From NCBI GenBank assembly GCA_937996685.1, contig CALKUP010000015.1, positions 71,900 through 135,899 of the forward strand: DNA of 64,000 nt, in the 5' to 3' direction. Both the position numbers and the translations under genes were made by a program. Every line of letters starts with the position of its first letter. The stretch's first letter is position 1. The notes under the pieces are model-generated. The model searched no databases. It was not told where the DNA came from and was given only the letters and a program-made list of their open reading frames with translations. This DNA comes from an uncultured bacterium (GTDB lineage: Bacteria > Patescibacteriota > Patescibacteriia > UBA9570 > XYC2-FULL-38-9). Positions 31,206 to 41,539 of the stretch are shown in pieces.

Positions 31206-31451
31206 ACGATTTTATGCTATCACCTAATGAGTCGTACCTGCAAATTGTCGATTATATCAAAGAGTTCAGGGTATAGGAATTTTTGTATTTCTTTTAAGAA
31301 GCATACTAGTATTCACCCACAAACAAGAACACGCCTCTTTAAGAAATCTTTCAATTCAATCCCCTTTTAACGGGGATTTTTTGTTTGTGTGAATAGCGTC
31401 TTTCTACTATTATTGTGGTAGCATGGATACTTAATATAGTAAGGATTTTAT

Positions 31452-32186
31452 ATGAAAAAAGGACTTTTGGTCGTCGTGGCTCTTCTCATCATCGCTGCCG
31501 TCGCAATTGGCGGGTACGTGATGTACAACACAACAACAGACGAGGAATCAGAAAAGACAACAGTAAATACAAATTCTACTGTTACGAATGAATCAAAGAC
31601 AAACACCGTAGTTGCAAATGATAACGCAAACACAAATACAGCGACTGCTGATGACCGGTACACAAACTCAAAACTTGGTTTTTCTGTAAAACTTCCTGAG
31701 ACATGGGTTGCATATGAAGGCGATGATTATTGTGGCAAAGATTTGAAAAAAAATAACGCGATTGGATTTATTTCAAAAGATGTCTACAAAAAAATTCAAG
31801 CGGATAATGAAAATTACGCGGCAGGAAAAAGTAAACAAGCTCCTTGCTATGAGGGCGTGAACCCAATCACGATCACAGTCCGTCAATACAACTCTGTTAA
31901 TGAGTTGGAAAACAACACAAAAAAACTCTCACTCACAGAGTATATTGCACAACAAAAGAAAGCAGCTGAAACATCACTCACTCCAATGGTTCAAAAAATC
32001 CAGGGAGAAAACGTGGACAGTTATCGCATCCAAAGTGCATACGACGGCATTTCTGAAGAACATGTATTTGTGACAAGTGGCGCAAAAGTATACAACATCA
32101 CAACGATCTATACAGACGCAGTAGCCGGAAAAACAACAGACACAGCGACACAAAAACAAATTGTTGAGTCATTCAAAAATTTGTAA
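31452..32186 (+). CDS. Membrane-anchored exported protein, PsbP-like domain
   Basis: N-terminal TM, T/N-rich linker, YTNSKLGFSVKLPETW, QIVESFK. Confidence 0.7.
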   Translation: MKKGLLVVVALLIIAAVAIGGYVMYNTTTDEESEKTTVNTNSTVTNESKTNTVVANDNANTNTATADDRYTNSKLGFSVKLPETWVAYEGDDYCGKDLKKNNAIGFISKDVYKKIQADNENYAAGKSKQAPCYEGVNPITITVRQYNSVNELENNTKKLSLTEYIAQQKKAAETSLTPMVQKIQGENVDSYRIQSAYDGISEEHVFVTSGAKVYNITTIYTDAVAGKTTDTATQKQIVESFKNL

Positions 32187-32215
32187 AGACAAACGATGTG
32201 TAATGAAATTATGCG

Positions 32216-32241
32216 GAGCTCACTACTCCGCATTTTTTTAT
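32216..32241 (+). repeat. Terminator-derived direct repeat (second copy 33268-33293)
   Basis: gagctcactactcc[g/a]catttttttat, 26 nt with 1 mismatch. Confidence 0.8.
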
Positions 32242-32333
32242 TTAGAAAGCATAAATCAATGAGAGGTTTTGGCCAAAATATAGAAAATAGAATAAGAAAA
32301 TGAAAGCAAGCAGGGTATCGGTCTGAAACCGTA

Positions 32334-33134
32334 CTACTCTGCCTGCTTTTTTGGAGACCCCGTGCCCCTAGCTGCGGAAGGCATCAGCTCCACAAGCCTG
32401 CTTTGAAGCTCGACCGCTTCGACTTCACGATCTGCTGCTTGACGCAAGACTCGGTCTCGGGCTGCGTTAAGCTGCGCCTGCGCATCAGCCAGGTTATCGA
32501 GCGCAAGCGTCAGTGTTGCGGGATCATGCGCCTTCACTTCTGCATCCCGGAGATGCTCCGCGATAAGCGCTGCGCAATCAACCTGCGGCGGATCTGTATT
32601 GATCTTGTAGGTCTTCATGGGCGTCAAGAAATACAGATCAATGAAGCCGTTATAAGCGCGATTTATGTCGGAAAACGAGGCCCACTTCGGATACGCCATT
32701 CTTAACTTACTAAGATCTACGATTCCTGGATTCTGAGGATGAGGCCCGATGAAGCATTCATCGAAAAAGAAGATCATGTTTTTGATGTATTGAAGCATTT
32801 GCTCACGCTGTGCCTGCAACACCAACAGATCCTCTCCTGTCGCACCCTGGATGGACTTGTTGATTGCCGAGAGCCAGCTCAACACGCGACTGACGTACAC
32901 CGGCAGCAAATCAAAGTGCTGGTAAAGCGCAGTGAACTGCGGGTTAGTCACAGGACACTCATCACGAAAACGGCGCTGGTAACCTTTGAGCGCGGTACGC
33001 AATTGGTCCTCCAGGCTTTGCTCCTGAATCTGCGGCTGCTCCTTGCGCTCTTGCATGGAGTAATACCGAGGCAACACCCTGAAGACACCGAACAAAACAC
33101 CGGCGACGCCACCAAGCATAAAAAAGTCATACAC
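32334..33134 (-). CDS. Hypothetical single-TM protein with coiled coil; GC-richer, SD-led
   Basis: GGAGG-4-GTG start; promoter TTGACT-17-TAGGGT at 33205-33233. Confidence 0.65.
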   Translation of the reverse strand: MYDFFMLGGVAGVLFGVFRVLPRYYSMQERKEQPQIQEQSLEDQLRTALKGYQRRFRDECPVTNPQFTALYQHFDLLPVYVSRVLSWLSAINKSIQGATGEDLLVLQAQREQMLQYIKNMIFFFDECFIGPHPQNPGIVDLSKLRMAYPKWASFSDINRAYNGFIDLYFLTPMKTYKINTDPPQVDCAALIAEHLRDAEVKAHDPATLTLALDNLADAQAQLNAARDRVLRQAADREVEAVELQSRLVELMPSAARGTGSPKKQAE

Positions 33135-33315
33135 GACGCCTCCAATCCTTGATTTATCAAGGTACATCAATCAACGGTTGATTCCGCTATGAGATTGACG
33201 GTAGACCCTATCAAAAGCAACGGCGGCAGTCAATAGTATAATTTATAATTTTATTTTCAATGCTGCAGAGCTCACTACTCCACATTTTTTTATCAAAAAT
33301 CACACAAAGTGAAGC

Positions 33316-33480
33316 ATGCTATCATATAAAAAGCCTTGGATTCAACGACACACAACACCCCTCATCGCCGCGGTCTTTCTGTTGAGCTTTGCCGTTGTTT
33401 TACTCACCTCTTCATGGAACGACTCGACGATTATTGATGAAATCTCCCACATTGGAGCTGGTTATTCATATCTCACTCTG
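33316..33480 (+). pseudogene. 5' remnant of a GT-C/PMT-like glycosyltransferase
   Basis: TM followed by DSTIIDEISHIGAGYSYL, then runs into the 3' end of the convergent gene. Confidence 0.55.
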
Positions 33481-35426
33481 ACTGACTGTACTTTATCGTC
33501 AATCAACGTACGGTCAAGAGCATTGAGTGTTTCTGGTCGTAACAAATCAAACGCATCGCGCCCAACCCCAGCAGTGAGGAACACGTCAGCATTTTCCGGC
33601 AAGACAATCGGATATCGCATTGTCACAGTTTCTCCTTCTTTCAGTGTTTCAGGATTCCATAATCCATACCCCAGTGCACGAGGCTGCTGAATCACACTCC
33701 AACCATCTGGCGTGACCCATGAAAAAAAGAGGTAGACAGCAAATGGATCATACGGCACGAAAGATGCTTGTGATTGTTTTTTATATGTCAGATGCACTTC
33801 TGCGGCTGTCACGTCATACCGTGATCCGACAAGTAACAGATCAGGGGTCACACGATACGGTGTTTCCAACGGCTGGGTTATCGCATTAATCACAATCGGA
33901 TTCGCAGCCTCACTCCTCTGTTTTGCAGAGCCATACACAACACCGAGTTCATTCACAAACACCGGCTCTAACTGATTATCATTGATAATGCGCTGGTATC
34001 GTTCACTCATGGCACGATGCGCGCTTTCTGATTCTACAGCCCACCACGCAAACGCTGTGTGCTCAACAAATAACCACTGAACTGACTGGAGCTGCACAGG
34101 TGCGGCAGAAAAATGCTCTGTGCCAGTTGCCAACCGAGAGACCGGATACAGCTTTTGCCGACTCGCAAGCAATGGCCAATATCGATTCGAGCCATATACC
34201 GCATCTCCTTCTGGGATTTGACGAGCAACATCTGCAATGCGCTGACGATCTTCACCGGCAACCGTACTATAATTTGAAAGCTCCCAGTGCGGACCAAAGG
34301 CCGCCACGTTCAACAGTAAGACACTCACAAGCAATGCCGTTGATATTGAAATGTTTCCCAGCGGTGTCGGAATCACTGGCAATCGCTGAAACATCCTTGG
34401 CAACGCCATCAGTAATGCAATAAAAAACCAGACCACAACGGTTACTCCATAATGATAATAAAACAACTCCACGCCTCCGGCATCATTGCTTGCGAGCACA
34501 TACGGCAGCGCTGCGAATGCCGCAGGAATCAGTACGCGCGGAAACCACAACACACCCCCTGCTGTTGTAAGAACGCACAGTAGCGCAATCACACTATTTC
34601 GTATCGTCATTCCATGCAGAATAAACCGAACAGGGTGAAGAAACGGAAATACAACAATATCGTGCATTGTATTTCCCATCCAATCATATAATTGAGTGAA
34701 TAATAATGAGTTATTCGTTGCGAGCATTCGCCCAAGCAGCGCCATCCCGATAAACCACAAGACACTGACGGCGATCAATCCAGCACCGTGAGCCATCCGG
34801 TGCGGTAGTTTGCGATCAGTCAGCAAAAATACACCATACCCCACAACCATAAACGCCGCGTCATCACGCACCAATAATAGCGCGATACAACACAGCCAAA
34901 AAAAGAATAGTCGGCGCTTCAATAACGCATACCAACTCCACAAGATAATCGGCAACAGAAACACCAAAAAATGAAACTCCGCAAGTTGCAAGCGCATCAC
35001 CGTCGGATATGTCGCATACAAAAGAGCCGACACAATTGTCAGGCGGTGGGCTGCGCGTTGCTCAATGCCATGCAATACGTGCTTGCAGATAGCGTAGACC
35101 GGAAACACGCCACTCAATACCCATACACTTTGCGCGATGAGCAACATACGCGGATCTGCCCAAATCCAATAGAGTGGCGTCAACGCGATGAGCAGCCATT
35201 CTCTATGGTCAACAAGATAGGTCCAATCATTAAATGAGCCGATAAAGATGCGGCCGTGAGCCGTATTCCACAACACCTGATGATAAATGCCTAAATCAAA
35301 CGACCAATACAACAATGCGTGATATTTCAAAAACGCGAGCACAATCATCCCGGCGCTACTGCAGACATACACCAACCATAACCACCACGGAACGTGGCGC
35401 ACAGACTGTAAAAAATCAAATCGCAT
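33462..35426 (-). CDS. DUF2079-family membrane protein (GT-C-like)
   Basis: FDLGIYHQVLWN, DH, EFH, LLVRDD, YHY. Confidence 0.8.
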   Translation of the reverse strand: MRFDFLQSVRHVPWWLWLVYVCSSAGMIVLAFLKYHALLYWSFDLGIYHQVLWNTAHGRIFIGSFNDWTYLVDHREWLLIALTPLYWIWADPRMLLIAQSVWVLSGVFPVYAICKHVLHGIEQRAAHRLTIVSALLYATYPTVMRLQLAEFHFLVFLLPIILWSWYALLKRRLFFFWLCCIALLLVRDDAAFMVVGYGVFLLTDRKLPHRMAHGAGLIAVSVLWFIGMALLGRMLATNNSLLFTQLYDWMGNTMHDIVVFPFLHPVRFILHGMTIRNSVIALLCVLTTAGGVLWFPRVLIPAAFAALPYVLASNDAGGVELFYYHYGVTVVVWFFIALLMALPRMFQRLPVIPTPLGNISISTALLVSVLLLNVAAFGPHWELSNYSTVAGEDRQRIADVARQIPEGDAVYGSNRYWPLLASRQKLYPVSRLATGTEHFSAAPVQLQSVQWLFVEHTAFAWWAVESESAHRAMSERYQRIINDNQLEPVFVNELGVVYGSAKQRSEAANPIVINAITQPLETPYRVTPDLLLVGSRYDVTAAEVHLTYKKQSQASFVPYDPFAVYLFFSWVTPDGWSVIQQPRALGYGLWNPETLKEGETVTMRYPIVLPENADVFLTAGVGRDAFDLLRPETLNALDRTLIDDKVQSVRVRYE

Positions 35427-35508
35427 ATAACCTCAGTATATTCTATAAAATGGGTGGAGGCTAGCCGATTTTCTGGCAATTTGCTAGTATACGAAAGCTC
35501 ATATCTCT

Positions 35509-35598
35509 GGAGAGATGGCTGAGCGGTCGAAAGCAACAGTTTACTAAACTGTCGATCCTTCACGGGATCCCAGGGTTCGAATCCCTGTCTCTCCGCCA
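35509..35598 (+). tRNA. tRNA-Ser with anticodon ACU (A34)
   Basis: Ser-type body with long variable arm and G73-CCA; acagt-TT ACT AA-actgt. Confidence 0.9.
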
Positions 35599-35614
35599 CA
35601 TTTTCAACCACCGT

Positions 35615-35974
35615 ATGAAACAATCATCCAAAAAACAAACAGTACAATCATATATCGCCGATTTTGATGGCGAAGTCGCAAAACGTTTGAAAGCTCTGCG
35701 CGTGGCAGTCAAAAAAGCTGCTCCAAAAGCTGAAGAATCAATCAGCTATGGCATGATTGGTTACAAACTGAACGGCAAACCACTCGTCTACTTTGGTGGT
35801 TTCAAAAAACACATTGGCCTGTATCCGACTCCTGCCGGCATCGCAACCTTCGCCAAAGAACTCGCACCCTACAAACACGCCAAAGGATCGGTTCAATTTC
35901 CGCATGACGAAACACTCCCACTCACGCTCATCACAAAAATCGTGAAGATGAAAGTAAAAGAATTAAGCGCATAA
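35615..35974 (+). CDS. DUF1801/YdhG-like protein
   Basis: EESISYGMIGY, YFGGFKKHIGLYP, KGSVQFP. Confidence 0.88.
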   Translation: MKQSSKKQTVQSYIADFDGEVAKRLKALRVAVKKAAPKAEESISYGMIGYKLNGKPLVYFGGFKKHIGLYPTPAGIATFAKELAPYKHAKGSVQFPHDETLPLTLITKIVKMKVKELSA

Positions 35975-36052
35975 GCGCTTCTTTTTTTATTGACTATACA
36001 GTAAAATATGAGTAGTGTTACAAGCACTCAACGCAAAAAATAGGGTACTACA

Positions 36053-36523
36053 ATGCTGATCGATGATCCTATTGCCATCCGCGCTATTCAAATCCTTGCA
36101 AGCGCTCCAAATGGGATGAAAAAAGCAGATCTTATGTCTGCCCTCAATCTGCGAAGCAAAGCCTCCCAGGAAACGCTATGGGAATTACTTACAACAATGG
36201 ACGGCATTGAATTAGCTGGCAACGGAAAAAACTTCTCCTTGAAGTACGCAGGTGCAAGATCAAGGGAAATAACACCAGCCATCTCCCATGAATGGGAAGA
36301 CAGCGATGACATTTCGGAAACAATAGATGCAAAAGCAATACGGCGGATTTGGGCGCTATTCGAAGAAAGGGATCTCGTCACTCAGAGTGATTTGAAAAAT
36401 CTTCGGATTAATATACCGCGCTTGCGGCGGATTATATCTGAATGGCTGGCTTCAGAAAAAATCATCATGGTTCCAGCAGGAAAAACAAGGCACTATCGAA
36501 AAGCAAAAAACATCTCCGAATGA
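36053..36523 (+). CDS. Hypothetical protein, possible tandem winged-helix
   Basis: Two basic helix-turn-helix/wing-like halves. Confidence 0.5.
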   Translation: MLIDDPIAIRAIQILASAPNGMKKADLMSALNLRSKASQETLWELLTTMDGIELAGNGKNFSLKYAGARSREITPAISHEWEDSDDISETIDAKAIRRIWALFEERDLVTQSDLKNLRINIPRLRRIISEWLASEKIIMVPAGKTRHYRKAKNISE

Positions 36524-36595
36524 GTTGAGCAACGTCGTAAAGCATCGCGGACCTGACATCTCCGCATCTTTTTTTATTCAACTATTCTGTGTAGA

Positions 36596-37255
36596 TCACG
36601 CCACGCGCAAATACGAAAGCAAAAACCAAAAATGGCAAAAACTACCAGCGATAACGAGTAAATGAAATACCTCATGCCAACCGAACCAGCGCGGTTTCCA
36701 GATAAAACTCAAGCCAAAGCAGATTGCACCCACGGTGTAGCACACTCCTCCGAGTAATAACCAGAAAAATAGCGACGCTGAAATCGTCTGCATCACAACC
36801 GGCAACGCAAAAACCACCAGCCACCCCATTGCAAGATAATGCATGACGGAAAACCAAACCGGCGGGCGCAAGCGCGGAAATGCAGTCATAACAATTCCAA
36901 GGAGCGCCAATCCCCAACCAACACCGAAGAGAGACCAGCCCCAAGCACCTCCAATCACCACAACACAAATCGGTGTGTAGGTCGCAGCAATTAACACGTA
37001 GATCATTAAGTGATCAAAAATCCGCAACATCGCTTTCGTGCGCGCTCGGTGTGGCGGAAATAAATGATAGACACTGCTCGCAAAATACAACAACAGCAAA
37101 CCGCTTCCAAAAATCGTCACAGTCGTCACTTGAGCGCCTGTCTGCGCGAACACAATCAGCAACACCAACGCAGCAACAGATAGCCCAAAACCAATCAGAT
37201 GAAGCAAACCGCTGATAATGTCATTTGGTCGGTGATGTGTAAATTGCTGTGTCAT
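36596..37255 (-). CDS. Hemolysin III / PAQR family membrane protein
   Basis: SSVYH, DHLMIYVLIAATYTP, HEVFHLLVIAGSFCH. Confidence 0.92.
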   Translation of the reverse strand: MTQQFTHHRPNDIISGLLHLIGFGLSVAALVLLIVFAQTGAQVTTVTIFGSGLLLLYFASSVYHLFPPHRARTKAMLRIFDHLMIYVLIAATYTPICVVVIGGAWGWSLFGVGWGLALLGIVMTAFPRLRPPVWFSVMHYLAMGWLVVFALPVVMQTISASLFFWLLLGGVCYTVGAICFGLSFIWKPRWFGWHEVFHLLVIAGSFCHFWFLLSYLRVA

Positions 37256-37363
37256 TCACTCCATCCTACTCTCTTTTAGAAGAAGTACAATGTTGATATT
37301 TTTTCAATATCCTTAATTATTGCTATAGTAACAGTAATAATTTGAACAACCTGTATTGAATAT

Positions 37364-38920
37364 ATGCAATCTGAACGATTCCGCCTCCCTTTTCAAAAAC
37401 CTCCTGTTGAAACACCTACAGTAGCAGAGGAGGACGACAACTTCAGCGACCCATGGTTTACCGCTGACTCAGAACCCACCCACAGAAGCGCTGTCGATCG
37501 TCTGACCCACCTCTTGCGAGACAACCCACGCGCCGGCAGTATTGTTACACTTGCGACAATCATTGCAGCTGCTTGCTCAAGCGAGATGTTTCAGAAAGGG
37601 TCAGCAAACAGTGAGTCACAGGCTCTCACGCCAATGGATCATATTGAGATAATAAAAGAAGCAGAAGGAGACCTTCGTGTCTTGTTTAATTACGACGAAT
37701 CAATGCGTATTACCTCTTGGAATAATCGAGAAGAGTGGGATCAAGAACTCACACCAGAAATGGGCAATCAAACATTTGCCTGGCATCGCCATGTATTTGA
37801 AAAACAATATGCGCCGTTTACAGCGAGTCCAATACTACAAACAGAAACCGAGCCATTGCTCATGAAAGCAAATGAATATCCAAATTTCACGAGCGTATAT
37901 GGCAACATGGAAATTGGCGATATCAGACATCTCACTGAACTGTTTGTCGAAGACTGGATTGACGCAGCGCAAGTACTCGGAAAAGACATTGACAGCGAAC
38001 ACGATCTTGAAACGCTCACTGCTGCGGAATGGATGCATGTCTTGCAAGCCCCAGCAATACAACTGCAGTACGACAAACGACTGGCTTCTATTTTTCCTGA
38101 ATATAATGAAGCACTCACAAACGCACATTTCCAAAAAACAATTGAGCAATTAGTAACAGAAGGCGTTGGTGTCTGCCGAGACAATGAACGCATTAACATC
38201 ACAAGCTACGTTATCGCAGACAAGATGTTTCATCTCGCTGACAACGGACTCTTGTATCTCCCAGCAACAAACATCATTGATGCAAAGCACACGCGTGGTG
38301 CGTTTTATCTTTCACAAAATCCTCAAGAAATGATTGTCGTCGGCGTTGACACAACATTTGGAGATGGGAATATTGAAAAGGCATTAACCGTTGTTTCACC
38401 AACAGATGAAGCGATCTGGCACTCGCAACAATACGACAAAGACATTCCACTTACCCCTGCCGCTCGTTTAGAAAGCCTGAAATTATTTGAACAACTCCAA
38501 ACTGACCTATCACCAACAACAAGAGCCATTCTTGAACGCGAGGAGCTTCTTGCAATGAAGGAAGCCTTTGAAGGAACTCAAGTAAAGGCAGAAAAATCTG
38601 TGATTGCGCGTGAGAAATACAATACCCTACTTTCAATTGTCACACGTGATGCTGCAACAGCTACCTTTCCGCTAAACATGCCATCACGTCTTGTTGGATT
38701 ATTTGATCAGCTACTTTCCACCAGCCGCGAACTTGATAAACTCGAAGGAAATCCAGGTGTATATCAAGCAACTGCACAAACAATGTTCGCGGATTACTTA
38801 CAAAAAAATGGTGTTGACGCTGACAAAGCCCGCGCATTTGTTGGACAAATTGATCGACTCCCACATAATGAACGCGAAGAACAATTAGAAATCATTCGAG
38901 GTATTCTCACAAAAAAATAA
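37364..38920 (+). CDS. Hypothetical protein with transglutaminase-like motif
   Basis: GVGVCRD...KHTRG...VDTT. Confidence 0.55.
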   Translation: MQSERFRLPFQKPPVETPTVAEEDDNFSDPWFTADSEPTHRSAVDRLTHLLRDNPRAGSIVTLATIIAAACSSEMFQKGSANSESQALTPMDHIEIIKEAEGDLRVLFNYDESMRITSWNNREEWDQELTPEMGNQTFAWHRHVFEKQYAPFTASPILQTETEPLLMKANEYPNFTSVYGNMEIGDIRHLTELFVEDWIDAAQVLGKDIDSEHDLETLTAAEWMHVLQAPAIQLQYDKRLASIFPEYNEALTNAHFQKTIEQLVTEGVGVCRDNERINITSYVIADKMFHLADNGLLYLPATNIIDAKHTRGAFYLSQNPQEMIVVGVDTTFGDGNIEKALTVVSPTDEAIWHSQQYDKDIPLTPAARLESLKLFEQLQTDLSPTTRAILEREELLAMKEAFEGTQVKAEKSVIAREKYNTLLSIVTRDAATATFPLNMPSRLVGLFDQLLSTSRELDKLEGNPGVYQATAQTMFADYLQKNGVDADKARAFVGQIDRLPHNEREEQLEIIRGILTKK

Positions 38921-38931
38921 CTATCCTGTCT

Positions 38932-39978
38932 ATGAAACAATCCATTGCACTCTTTTTTGGCGGCACATCTGGCGAACACGATGTCTCAATCAATAGCGCG
39001 AAAAATGTCCTCGCGGTGATTGATCGCGAGCGCTATGCCGTTACACCAGTCATGATTACCCGCGACGGACGGTGGCGCATTCCAGATACAGCATGGGACG
39101 GTAATCTCTCTGTCTGGCCGCTTGCCGATGATTCAACAACTGAATATTCTGCGCTTGAAGGTTTAATTGAATTACAACAACGCAATTGGATTGATATTGC
39201 TTACATTTTGATTCATGGCGGCGAAGGTGAAGACGGCCGCTTGCAAGGTTTTTTTGATCTCGCAGGCATTGCCTACACCGGCTCATCTCAAAAAGCCGCT
39301 GCAATTACAATGGACAAACCACGATTTCAAGATGTGCTCACAGCACACAACATCCGCACACCACAATCAATCACAATAGAGTGGCCACTTACTGAAAACG
39401 AAACCATCGAAACAATAACTACACAGATTAAAAGCGGCTTTGGATTTCCGTGTTTCGTGAAACCAGCCAGTGGCGGATCAAGTGTCGGCACATCGCGGGT
39501 TGAAACAGCTGGTGATCTCGAATCAGCTCTTGTTTCTGCGGGCGCGGACGATCATCGCATTCTCATTCAAGAGCTTGTCAGCGGCGATGAACTCTCTTGT
39601 GGCGTGCTTGATATCAACGGCGTAGCAACTCCGCTTCTCCCAACACTCATCAAGCCAAAGGATGGTGTGTTTTTTGATTACAAAGCGAAATATACTCCGG
39701 GCGCTTCATCAGAAATCACTCCTGCACCAATTTCCGCAGAGCTCACACAAGCAATTCAAGCAAAAGCCTTGCTTTGTCACCAATTATTTGAATGCAACGG
39801 CGTGAGTCGCACAGATTTTTTACTCGACAGTTCGCGGAGCAACGACATTGTGATTCTTGAAACCAATACCGTCCCTGGCATGACGCAAACCAGCCTGGTT
39901 CCGCAAGGCGCTGCCGCAATTGGCATTTCATTTGCACAAACAGTGCAACACATTATTGAAAGCGCTACGAAATTGTAA
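38932..39978 (+). CDS. ddl: D-alanine--D-alanine ligase
   Basis: FGGTSGEHDVS, HGGEGEDG, GGSSVG, FDYKAKY, ETNTVPGMT. Confidence 0.95.
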   Translation: MKQSIALFFGGTSGEHDVSINSAKNVLAVIDRERYAVTPVMITRDGRWRIPDTAWDGNLSVWPLADDSTTEYSALEGLIELQQRNWIDIAYILIHGGEGEDGRLQGFFDLAGIAYTGSSQKAAAITMDKPRFQDVLTAHNIRTPQSITIEWPLTENETIETITTQIKSGFGFPCFVKPASGGSSVGTSRVETAGDLESALVSAGADDHRILIQELVSGDELSCGVLDINGVATPLLPTLIKPKDGVFFDYKAKYTPGASSEITPAPISAELTQAIQAKALLCHQLFECNGVSRTDFLLDSSRSNDIVILETNTVPGMTQTSLVPQGAAAIGISFAQTVQHIIESATKL

Positions 39979-41533
39979 TCGTAAACGACAGTGTATAGGT
40001 TCCTGTTGGTTGTCTCCCTGGAATCACCTGACTCAAACCCACACCTGTCACGTCCCATGTGCAAAATCCAGATGCGCCAGAACTTGCACTAGCGAGTGTA
40101 ATACTACTCACTGCAGTGGCAATTTCACGAAACGAACTACTACTTCCTGCGCTCACACCTGTTGTTGAGGCGCATGGTGACACCGGCGTGACTGTAATAC
40201 TCGCTGGATTGACGGTTAAACGTCCGCCTTTCGAATCTGTATCTGCGTCGTCTGACCCGTCAGAATTACTATCATTAAAATCATACGTATTTCCGCCTGA
40301 AGTCCAAAGTCCTGTGCTCCCCGATGTCGGGGCCATTGTCACAGACCACGTTCCAACTCCAGTTCCATTACTCACCCGAATTTTTTGACTCGATGTTCCA
40401 AGTGTCCCAGTTGTTGTTGTTGCGGCAAATGGAAATGTTGTTGAAGAAAAACCAACTGACGGACTCCCAACAGTTGAACCACCACTATCGACAATCGAGA
40501 CAGCAAGAGGAGTTGTCAGCGTAATCGTCGGCGAGCTCGCAATAGATGTCAGTGTTCCGCTCGAATCAACCTGTGATTTTGTTGTAATGGTATTCACACC
40601 TGGAGTGCTCGGCAAATCCACACCAGATGTTCCCCCGCCAGCACCGTATGTCACAGTCGCAGTTTCATTCAATGCCATTTGCAAAAAGCGAACACGAATA
40701 TCGGTGTTACTCCCATTCGCCACAAACGTTGGCGTTCCCGGGCCAATCAATATGTCATCAACATAGACCTGCTTTGCATCAAGTCCAGCGTTTCCGGCAG
40801 CAATAAAACAAATAGCGCGCACACTACTCCGTGTTGAACCCGCGCCAGCAAATGTCCATGTCACATATGTCCATGTATTTGCAGACAAAACAGGCAACGT
40901 CATGCTGTCATTAATCGAATCACACGCCGCTGAATCATCAAAACCAACACTAACTGAACCAGCTGTCAGCGCTGTATTACTTCGAAACCAAAAGCCAAGC
41001 TTTGTGTACGCCGAAAAGTTTTGCCCCGTCGCATAATCATAACTAAAACTATCAGTCGCATCAGGGCCCGCGTTTCCGTCATTATCGCACGAAATAGAGC
41101 CCGTTGTTTCATAAAAGACGCCTGTATCAAGCCCCCAACCATCTACCCATTGCGTTGCAGTATTGCAGGTATCTGTATCGTCCTCTGTCCAACCCGTCAC
41201 ACTATCCGCTTCATTAATTGAATCCGCAATCATTGCAGAACCTGAAACACTGGCGGTTGTGCGCCCCGCAGTCCCAGCAACACCTTGCGGGGTTGACCAG
41301 CTCGAACTGGTCGGAATTGTGATAGCAAGACCACCACTATTCAGCGCTTCAGCAGCAGTGTAGGTAAACGCAAAGGTTTGGTCAGTTGAACTCACGCCAA
41401 CCGACGTTGGACTGACAACATTTGTTCCTGAGCCATCAGCTGCAAATGCACCAAACGGCAACACACTCAATAAAAGCACTGCAATGAATTGCTTTTTCAA
41501 AAAAAATCGAAACAGTGGGCGCCAAGAAATCAT
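39965..41533 (-). CDS. Exported surface protein with C-terminal WxL-like domain
   Basis: Signal peptide; C-terminal domain homologous to 42862-43554, ending GTYTLSFTITIS. Confidence 0.7.
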   Translation of the reverse strand: MISWRPLFRFFLKKQFIAVLLLSVLPFGAFAADGSGTNVVSPTSVGVSSTDQTFAFTYTAAEALNSGGLAITIPTSSSWSTPQGVAGTAGRTTASVSGSAMIADSINEADSVTGWTEDDTDTCNTATQWVDGWGLDTGVFYETTGSISCDNDGNAGPDATDSFSYDYATGQNFSAYTKLGFWFRSNTALTAGSVSVGFDDSAACDSINDSMTLPVLSANTWTYVTWTFAGAGSTRSSVRAICFIAAGNAGLDAKQVYVDDILIGPGTPTFVANGSNTDIRVRFLQMALNETATVTYGAGGGTSGVDLPSTPGVNTITTKSQVDSSGTLTSIASSPTITLTTPLAVSIVDSGGSTVGSPSVGFSSTTFPFAATTTTGTLGTSSQKIRVSNGTGVGTWSVTMAPTSGSTGLWTSGGNTYDFNDSNSDGSDDADTDSKGGRLTVNPASITVTPVSPCASTTGVSAGSSSSFREIATAVSSITLASASSGASGFCTWDVTGVGLSQVIPGRQPTGTYTLSFTITIS

Positions 41534-41539
41534 TGGATA

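Noticed and set aside
36020-36580. Gene 36053-36523 as another cassette member
   Set aside because: Low GC, no clear SD, and only 6 bp of leader-trailer complementarity (ctcaac/gttgag)
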